A stretch of DNA of 15,486 nucleotides from Octopus sinensis. Lineage: Eukaryota. Of the stretch, positions 8,233-15,486 are shown one piece after another. Position numbers and translations under genes: made by a program. The DNA lies in contig NW_021825452.1 of NCBI RefSeq assembly GCF_006345805.1, forward strand, positions 1 to 15,486. The letters run 5' to 3'. The notes under the pieces are model-generated. The model did no database searches, was not told where the DNA came from, and saw only the letters and a program-made list of their open reading frames with translations. How positions within the stretch are numbered: the stretch's first letter is position 1; the number at the start of each line of letters is the position of its first letter.

Positions 8233-9232
8233 AAAAACATACACACACATACACACACATAAACATAATCACATGCACACACACAGACACATGCACACAC
8301 ACATACCTGCACAACATACATGCACACACACGCACACATACAGATACACATACACATGCACACACACACATACACACACACACGCATATAGACACACAGA
8401 CACACACACACATACACATACACATGCACACACATACACACACACGCATATAGACACACAGACACACACACATACAGATACACATGCACACACATACACA
8501 CACGCGCATATAGACACAGACACACACACATACAGATACACATGCACACACATACACACACACGCATATAGACACACAGACACACACACATACAGATACA
8601 CATGCACACACATACACACACACGCATATAGACACACAGACACACACACACATACAGATACACATGCACACACATACACACACACGCATATAGACACACA
8701 GACACACACACATACAGATACACATGCACACACATACACACACACGCATATAGACACACAGACACACACACATACAGATACACATGCACACACATACACA
8801 CACACGCATATAGACACAGACACAACACATACAGATACACATGCACACACATACACACACACACGCATAGACACACAGACACACACACATACAGATACAC
8901 ATGCACACACATACACACACGCGCATATAGACACACAGACACACACACATACAGATACACATGCACAACATACACACACACGCATATAGACACACAGACA
9001 CAACACATACAGATACACATGCACACACACATACACACACACGCATATAGACACACAGACACACACACATACAGATACACATGCACACACATACACACAC
9101 ACGCATATAGACACACAGACACACACACATACAGATACACATGCACACACATACACACACGCGCATATAGACACACAGACACATACAGATACACACACAC
9201 ACACACACATAGACACACAGACACAGACACAC
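8180..9232. repeat. (CA)n microsatellite with a higher-order ~60-bp minisatellite (about 14 copies, ~8330-9200)
   Basis: Unit cacacacacatacagatacacatgcacacacatacacacacacgcatatagacacacaga; 8521-8580 and 8581-8640 are identical. Confidence 0.95.
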
Positions 9233-9322
9233 GCAAAGGAGCACATGTTAAGACTGTCTCTTCAGGTGATCTGAGAAATGATACAAATGATGATGTTAAA
9301 TGTTAAACTTAGAGCTCAGAAG

Positions 9323-9323
9323 C

Positions 9324-9357
<34 letters not shown>

Positions 9358-10150
9358 TCATCGTCTTTGTTGTTGTTGTTCTCGCCATTGTTGTCTTCCT
9401 CTTCCTCTTCCTCCTCCTCATCATCGCCATGATCATGATGACCACCACCACCACCACCACCATCATCATTATTATCATCATCGTTATCGTCGTCATTGTT
9501 GTTGTTGCTGTCATCCTCCTTCTCATCACATCATCACTGCCACCACCAACACCACCACCACCACCACCATCATCACCACCATCATCACCACCACCACCAC
9601 CACCATCATCACCACCACCCACCGCCACCACCACCACCATCATCACCACCACCACCACCACCATCATCACCACCACCACCACCACCATCATCACCACCAC
9701 CACCACCACCACCACCACCACCACCACCATCACCACCACCACCACCATCATCACCACCACCACCACCACCATCATCACCACCACCATCACTGCCACCACC
9801 AACACCACCACCACCACCACCATCATCATTATTATCATCATCGTTATCGTCGTCATTGTTGTTGCTGTTATCCTCCTTCTGATTACATCATCACTGCCAT
9901 AACCATCACTGCCACCACCAACACCGCCATCACCACCACCACCACCACTGCCATTATCATCAAGGTCGTCATCATCTTGGAGGCCTCCTTCTATTCATCA
10001 ACACACCCCACTACCATCACCAACACCAACACCTCTACCATTATCATCAAGGTTGTCATTATTGTCATCGCCACCACCTCCACTACCATCATCATCATCA
10101 TCATAGTCCTCCTTCTCATCATCACCATCACCACCATCATCACCATCCTT
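9323..10150. repeat. (CAC/CAT)n trinucleotide tract containing a ~90-bp direct duplication
   Basis: catcatcattattatcatcatcgttatcgtcgtcattgttgttg...atcctccttct...acatcatcactgcca at about 9461-9540 and 9821-9899. Confidence 0.92.
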
Positions 10151-10244
10151 TCTCTTCAGTTCCATCTGTTGATTGTTTCAATTGACATATTCTTAAATCC
10201 TCCTCCACCACACAACAGTTCATTGTTCAATGACCTTTTAATCT

Positions 10245-10770
10245 AACCATCCAAACCAGCCAACCAGACAACCAGCCAGCCAACCAACCAACCAGCCAGT
10301 CAGTGATTCAGCCAGCCAGCCAGCTAGCAGTTCAGCCAACCGGCCACTCCTTCAGCCATTCCATTGGACCATGTATCCAGTCAGCCACCCAACCACCTAG
10401 TTAACCAACAAACTGGCCAACCAGCCAGACAACTATCCATCCATCCATCCATCCAAATCTTCAGTCATCCATCAAACCAGTCTTCAATCCATTAATCCGA
10501 TCCATCCATCCATCCATCCATCCATCAATCCATCCATCCATCCATCCATCCATCCATCCATCCATCATCAATCCATCCGTCCATCCATCCATCCATCCAT
10601 CCATCATCAATCCATCCGTCCATCCATCCACCCACCCATCCATCCATCCATCCATCCAAATCTTCAGTGATCCATCAAACCAGTCTTCAATCCATTAATC
10701 TGATCCATCCGTCCAACCATCCATCCATCCCAGCCAGCCACCCAGCCAGATACCCCCAGATACCCAACCA
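10245..10770. repeat. (CCAG/CCAA)n and (CCAT)n tetranucleotide tract with a ~60-bp direct duplication
   Basis: ccaaatcttcagt.atccatcaaaccagtcttcaatccattaatc.gatcc at about 10453 and 10656. Confidence 0.9.
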
Positions 10771-10849
10771 CCTATTCATCTATTTAGCTATGGTCTCTAA
10801 TAGATCAATCATCTCGCTCATATAGCTGTTCATAAATAAATAACAAACT

Positions 10850-11011
10850 GCAGGAGTGGCTGTGTGGTAAGTAGTTTGCTAACCATGGTTCCGGGTTCAG
10901 TCCCACTGCGTGGCATCTTGGGCAAGTGTCTTCTGCTATAGCCTCGGGCCAACCAAAGCCTTGTGAGTGGATTTGGTAGACGGAAACTGAAAGAAGCCTG
11001 TCGTATATACG

Positions 11012-11050
<39 letters not shown>

Positions 11051-11251
11051 TTGTCCCCCTAGCATTGCTTGACAACCGATGCTGGTGTGTTTACGTCCCC
11101 GTCACTTAGCGGTTCGGCAAAAGAGACCGATAGAATAAGTACTGGGCTTACAAAGAATAAGTCCCAGGGTCGATTTGCTCAACTAAAGGCGGTGCTCCAG
11201 CATGGCCGCAGTCAAATGACTGAAACAAGAAAAAGGGAGAAAGAGAGTAAA
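10850..11251 (+). mobile_element. tRNA-derived SINE family A, full length, with internal (TA)n(TG)n
   Basis: A box TGGCTGTGTGG 10857-10867, B box GGTTCAGTCCC 10894-10904, CORE-like TTGGGCAAGT, 3' hairpin CAGTCAAATGACTG and a purine-rich tail. Several homologous copies occur in the window. Confidence 0.92.
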
Positions 11252-11340
11252 TGAAGGGCACCAAAGATACACTAAGGCTTTCTCTGCTGCTGCTACTACT
11301 ACTACTACTACTACTACACATATATATGTATATTTTTCGC

Positions 11341-11742
11341 TTTCTCTTTTACTTGTTTCAGTCATTTGACTGTGGCCAAGCTGGAGCGCCACCTTTTAGT
11401 CGAGCAAATCGACCCCAGGACTTGTTCTTTGGAAGCCTAGTACTTATTCTATCGGTCTCTTTTGCCGAACCGCTAGGTACGGGGACGTAAACACGCACCA
11501 TCGGTTGTCAAGTGATGTTGGGTGGGGGGGACAAACACAGACACACAAACATATACACACACATATATATACATATATGCGATGGGCTTCTTTCAGTTTC
11601 CGTCTACCAAATCCACTCACAAGGCTTTGGTCGATTCGAGGCTATAGTAGAAGACACTTGCCCAAGGCGCCACACAGTGGGACTGAACCCGGAACCATGT
11701 AGTTGGTAAGCAAGCTACTTACCACACAGCCACTCCAATGCC
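11341..11742 (-). mobile_element. tRNA-derived SINE family A, full length, inverted relative to 10850-11251
   Basis: Reverse-complement match along the whole length. Confidence 0.92.
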
Positions 11743-11761
11743 TATATGTTGGTATTATATA

Positions 11762-11975
11762 TTCTTTTATTCCTTTACTTGTTTCAGTCATTTGACTGTG
11801 ACCATGCTGGAGCACGGCCTTTAGTCGAGCAAATCGACCCCTTACAAAGGACTTATTCTTCGTAAGCTTATTACTTATTCTACTGGTCCCTTTTGTTGAA
11901 CCGCTAAGTTATGGGGATGCAGACATACACCAACATCGGTTGTCAAGCGATATTGGGGTGGGGGGACAAACACAC
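11762..11975 (-). mobile_element. SINE family A, 3' half
   Basis: Direct repeat of 11341-11540. Confidence 0.9.
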
Positions 11976-12000
11976 ATATATATAATATATATATATATAT

Positions 12001-12146
12001 GTGGTAAGTAGCTTGCTTACCAACCATATGGTTCCAGGTTCAGTCTCACTGCGTGGTACCTTGGGCAAGTGTCTTCTACTATAGCCCCAGGCTGACCAAA
12101 GCCTTGTGAGTGGATTTGGTAGATGAAAACTGAAAGAAGCCCGTCG
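12001..12146 (+). mobile_element. SINE family A, 5' half (A box clipped)
   Basis: Direct repeat of 10864-11003. Confidence 0.9.
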
Positions 12147-12218
12147 TATATATGTATATATATATATATATATATAAATATAGGGTTTTTATAGAGGTTT
12201 TTCTCTAAATTATATACA

Positions 12219-12450
12219 GGGCGGTGAGCTGGCAGAAACATTAGCATACCGGGAGAAATGTGTAGCTGTATTTCGTCTGCCGTTACGTTCTGAGTTCAAA
12301 TTCCGCTGAGGTCGACTTTACCTTTCATCCTTTCAGGGTCAATAAATTAAGTACCAGTTACACACTGGGGTTGATGTAATCGACTTAATCCGTTTGTCTG
12401 TCCTTGTTTGTCCCCTCTGTGTTTGGCCCCTTGTAGGTAGTAAAGAAATA
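12219..12450 (+). mobile_element. tRNA-derived SINE family C, full length
   Basis: GGCGGTGAGCTGGCAGAA head, B box GAGTTCAAATTCC 12292-12304, central GAGGTCGACTTT.CCTTTCATCCTTTC domain. A second copy lies at 13222-13320. Confidence 0.85.
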
Positions 12451-12575
12451 TATATATATGTATATTTTATATTGTGAAATTTGATTTAAAATTGTTAAAT
12501 TGAATTTTTCCCTGTAAGTTTTGGAATTATATTCCCTACTATTATTATTATATATATATGTATATATATATATAT

Positions 12576-13150
12576 GCTGTGCGTGAGAAGACCCGGCAGG
12601 ACTAGTGAGACCATAACCCGTGGCCTCTACCTGGGATGTAGCCAGTTGACTTATGTATACCTTTCCTTCTTGGGACACAAAACTCCACTTGTGAAGACCC
12701 GTTGAGGCAAGTGAAAATCAGAGCCAAAATCGAAGTCGATCAACATCAATGGAAATTGCAGCTGTGATACCAGTGCCGGTGGCACGTAAGCGAACGATCC
12801 GATCGTGGCCGTTGCCAGCGCCGCCCCGACTGGCCTCCGTGCCGGTGGCACGTAAAAAGCACCATCTGATCGTAGCCGTTGCCAGCCTCGCCTGGCCCCC
12901 GTGCCGGTGACACGTAAATAGCACCATCCGATCGTGGATGTTTGCCAGCCCACGTCTGGCACCTGTGCCAGTGGAATGTAAAAAGCACCCACTACACTCA
13001 CGGAGTGGTTGGCGTTAGGAAGGGCATCCAGCTGTAGAAACACTGCCAGATCAGACTGGGCCTGGTGCAGCCTTCTGGCTTCCCAGACCTCCAGTTGAAC
13101 CGTCCAACCCATGCTAGCATGGAAAGCGGACGCTAAATGATGATGATGAT
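12576..13150 (+). mobile_element. Severely 5'-truncated RTE LINE of a related subfamily: last ORF codons, 3' UTR with ~3.4 repeat units, terminal stem-loop and (TGA)n tail
   Basis: Starts AVREKTRQD* (compare AVTAKTR in the first copy). atcaatggaaattgcagctgtgatacc matches the reverse complement of 862-889. Units at 12773-12989; ends taaatgatgatgatgat. Confidence 0.88.
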
Positions 13151-13221
13151 ATAAAATAATAATGAAATTATTGTATACAGTGCTCAGGTGCACCACAACA
13201 TAATTAAATAATCTGTACATG

Positions 13222-13320
13222 AAAGTCGACCTCGGCGAAATTTGAACTCAAGACTTAGAGAAGCACGAAATACCGATAAGCAGCTCACCCGGCGTGCTAA
13301 CGTTTTTGCCAGCTCTCCGC
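13222..13320 (-). mobile_element. SINE family C, 5' fragment
   Basis: Minus strand GCGGAGAGCTGGCAAAAACGTTAGCACGCCGGG...TGAGTTCAAATTTCGCCGAGGTCGACTTT aligns to 12221-12319. Confidence 0.85.
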
Positions 13321-13353
<33 letters not shown>

Positions 13354-13354
<1 letters not shown>

Positions 13355-13655
13355 TTTTTTCTTCCTGAAGAGAAAGACACAATATGGTCCCATTATTCAA
13401 TCGGATTTTGGTAATTTGTGCCTTCGAAACACGTGTAGAATGAAATAAAACGATTTCTGTTCAATCTGCGTTCGGCTCCATTTCTTCATTCACCAATAAT
13501 GTTTTAATTTCAATTATCCGCACCAACGCACGGTTGCAACGCCAGATGGTTGTACCTCCAACCGTGCTGTTTACTGCTGTGATTTTTGCTACTAAGGTAT
13601 CGGTTAAACTTTTGATTAATCTACTACAAGATTATTCATCTTTCTATTTCACATA
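13354..13655 (+). mobile_element. Probable Penelope-like element terminal repeat fragment
   Basis: Hammerhead plus polyA signal in a ~300-bp island bounded by (TA)n on both sides. Confidence 0.5.
13357..13445 (+). ncRNA. Type-I hammerhead ribozyme with an intact core (Penelope-like element type)
   Basis: CUGAAGA 13365-13371; stem II GAAAGACACAA/UUGUGCCUUC; GAAA 13426-13429; palindromic stem III ACACGUGU; GUA cleavage triplet 13435-13437; stem I UUC/GAA; AATAAA at 13444-13449. Confidence 0.75.
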
Positions 13656-13713
13656 ATATATATATATATATATTATATATTATATATATATATACATATA
13701 TATATGTATATCT

Positions 13714-13770
13714 GTAAGATCGTGAGGTTGTGAGTTTGATTCCCAGACCGGGCTGCATGTTGTGACTGCT
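13714..13770 (+). mobile_element. Short tRNA-head fragment of a SINE related to families B/D
   Basis: gatcgtgaggttgtgagtttgattcccagaccgggc resembles the T-arm/B-box regions at 6746-6775 and the reverse complement of 7532-7565. Confidence 0.5.
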
Positions 13771-13924
13771 GGTCTTCCACAAACAAATTAGCCGAGTTTG
13801 GCTTCTTGTTTAGCAAAATAGATAAAAGTTGGATAAGGGAGTCTACAAAAATAGCCAACGAATAATGAACATTTATATACATATATATATATATTTTATT
13901 AAAAAATAAAACAATCTGTATAAT

Positions 13925-14075
13925 GGTTGTTGTTGTTGCTGCTGCCGTTGCTGCTGTTGTTGTTTTGTTGTTGCTGTTGTTGCTGCTGCTGCTGCTGTTC
14001 TTTTTCTTGTACTCAGTGTTGTTACTATTCGTGTTGTTGTTGCTGCAGTTGCTGCTGTTGTTGTTGTTGTTTGTG

Positions 14076-14106
<31 letters not shown>

Positions 14107-14280
14107 TTTGTGGTTGCTGCTGCTGTTGTTGTTGTTGCTGCTGTTGTTGTTTGTGGTTGCTGCTGCAGTTGCTGTTGTTGTTGTTGCTGCTGCTGTTCGT
14201 GTTTGTTGTTGCTGCTGTTGTTGTTGCTATAGTTACAGTTTTTGCTATTGTTTGTTGTTGTTTGTAGCAGCTTCTGTTGT
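13925..14280. repeat. (GTT/GCT)n trinucleotide tract
   Basis: Direct reading of the sequence. Confidence 0.92.
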
Positions 14281-14361
14281 CATGGTTGCATTTACTTCCA
14301 ATCAAAAAATTAAAACATCATATTTTTTTTAAAATCTAAAATATTTATTTCACTTCTGTGA

Positions 14362-14576
14362 TAGAGAGAGAGAGAGACAATGATCATAATGATGATGATG
14401 ATGATGATGGTGATGAGGTAGATGTTGGGGTCGGGGGATGATGATGATAATAACACTGATGAAGAGGGTAACATTGATGATGATGATGATGTTGATGAAG
14501 ACGATGACAATCATGATGACAATGATGATAACGATGGTGATGATGATGATAATGATGTTGGTGATGATGATGATGT
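14362..14576. repeat. (GA)n followed by degenerate (GAT)n
   Basis: Direct reading of the sequence. Confidence 0.88.
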
Positions 14577-14868
14577 TTACTGACATACTCCACAAAACCA
14601 CAATAATTTCAGGGAAAAAAAAAACTTCCCAAAAAAACATACTTCAAAAGCATGAGTAAAAATATTTAAAAGTTTTTTTTTTTAAATATTGTAAAGAAAA
14701 AAACATAAAAAGGAAAAGATAGAAATTATAATAATAATAATAATAATAAAAACAAGATTTCCAGCACAAAAAACACCAAAATAAAAAAGTAGTAAAATGG
14801 AAGAACATAAAAAAAAAAGTGGTGATACGAAAGACTTGGGTTACACAATCATAATTCCAGGTCAGAAA

Positions 14869-14937
14869 ATTCTTCTTCTTCTTCTTCTTCCTTCTTCCTT
14901 CTTCTTCCTCTTCCTCCTCCTCTTCTTCTTCTTCTTC

Positions 14938-14986
<49 letters not shown>

Positions 14987-15008
14987 CTCTTCTTCTTCTT
15001 CTTCTTCT
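14869..15008. repeat. (CTT)n microsatellite
   Basis: Direct reading of the sequence. Confidence 0.95.
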
Positions 15009-15132
15009 CATGTATACTATATATATATATATATCTTTATATTTATATCAGTAGAAAATTATAAAAGTTCTTCCTTTTATTTCTTGTTTTTCTTCTTCTT
15101 CTAAGATAGAGAGAGAAAGAAAGAGTGTCTAC

Positions 15133-15145
15133 GTGTGTGTGTGTA

Positions 15146-15193
<48 letters not shown>

Positions 15194-15252
15194 TATACAC
15201 ACATGCATGTATGTACATATATTCAATATATAAATATATATACATATATAAG

Positions 15253-15324
<72 letters not shown>

Positions 15325-15407
15325 AGTATACACACATGTATGTATGTACATATATTCAATATATAAAATATATACATATATAAGTATATATTATGTGTGT
15401 GTGTGTG

Positions 15408-15444
<37 letters not shown>
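15133..15444. repeat. Compound (TG)n(TA)n array with a ~135-bp higher-order duplication
   Basis: taagtatacacacatg.atgtatgtacatatattcaatatataaa occurs at about 15190 and 15323. Confidence 0.9.
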
Positions 15445-15447
<3 letters not shown>

Positions 15448-15486
15448 GATGCAGTGAATATATTGTCATCTAAATTACGCAAAGAT

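Noticed and set aside
5877-10246. His/Pro/Ser/Thr-rich and Cys-Val-rich ORFs up to 395 aa
   Set aside because: Translations of di- and trinucleotide repeats, open in several frames on both strands, with no domain or splice evidence.
12870-12970. HDV-like ribozyme suggested by CAG-CCTCGC-CTG and CAG-CCCACGT-CTG loops
   Set aside because: The P3/L3 resemblance is superficial; I could not find a P2 partner strand, a clean P1 or a J4/2 catalytic C segment.
13673-14305. PolyQ/N/T ORF of 210 aa
   Set aside because: Translation of a (CAA/CAG)n tract running into (TA)n; no coding evidence.
14456-14480. CTGATGA hammerhead-like core (also CTGAAGA on the minus strand at about 9260 and 10155)
   Set aside because: No stem II followed by GAAA and a cleavage triplet; the 14456 and 10155 hits lie in or beside trinucleotide repeats.
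15443-15486. Possible Tc1/mariner TIR start (TA-CAGGATG...)
   Set aside because: Cut by the window edge, and no matching inverted copy was found in the window.

Overview
Eukaryotic, repeat-saturated DNA with no supportable host gene. The SINE, RTE and microsatellite repertoire suggests an octopus or other coleoid cephalopod (inference from recalled families, not a database hit). It contains: (i) a dead, 5'-truncated RTE-clade LINE on the minus strand (1-3720) with an AP-endonuclease, an RT carrying an inserted C4HC3 PHD-type finger, and a 3' UTR expanded into at least 12 tandem 67-bp units; (ii) a short plus-strand 3' end of a related RTE (12576-13150) with about 3 units and a (TGA)n tail; (iii) a DD37D (maT) Tc1/mariner transposase remnant split cleanly by a non-autonomous Helitron; (iv) four tRNA-derived SINE families, several in inverted arrangements; (v) three Penelope-type hammerhead ribozyme motifs, one with an intact catalytic core (13357-13445); (vi) many micro- and minisatellites. 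Most entries in the ORF track are translations of simple repeats. The best leads are the 67-nt RTE unit, which can be drawn as two tandem H-type pseudoknots with some covariation, the PHD finger inside the RT, and the hammerheads.
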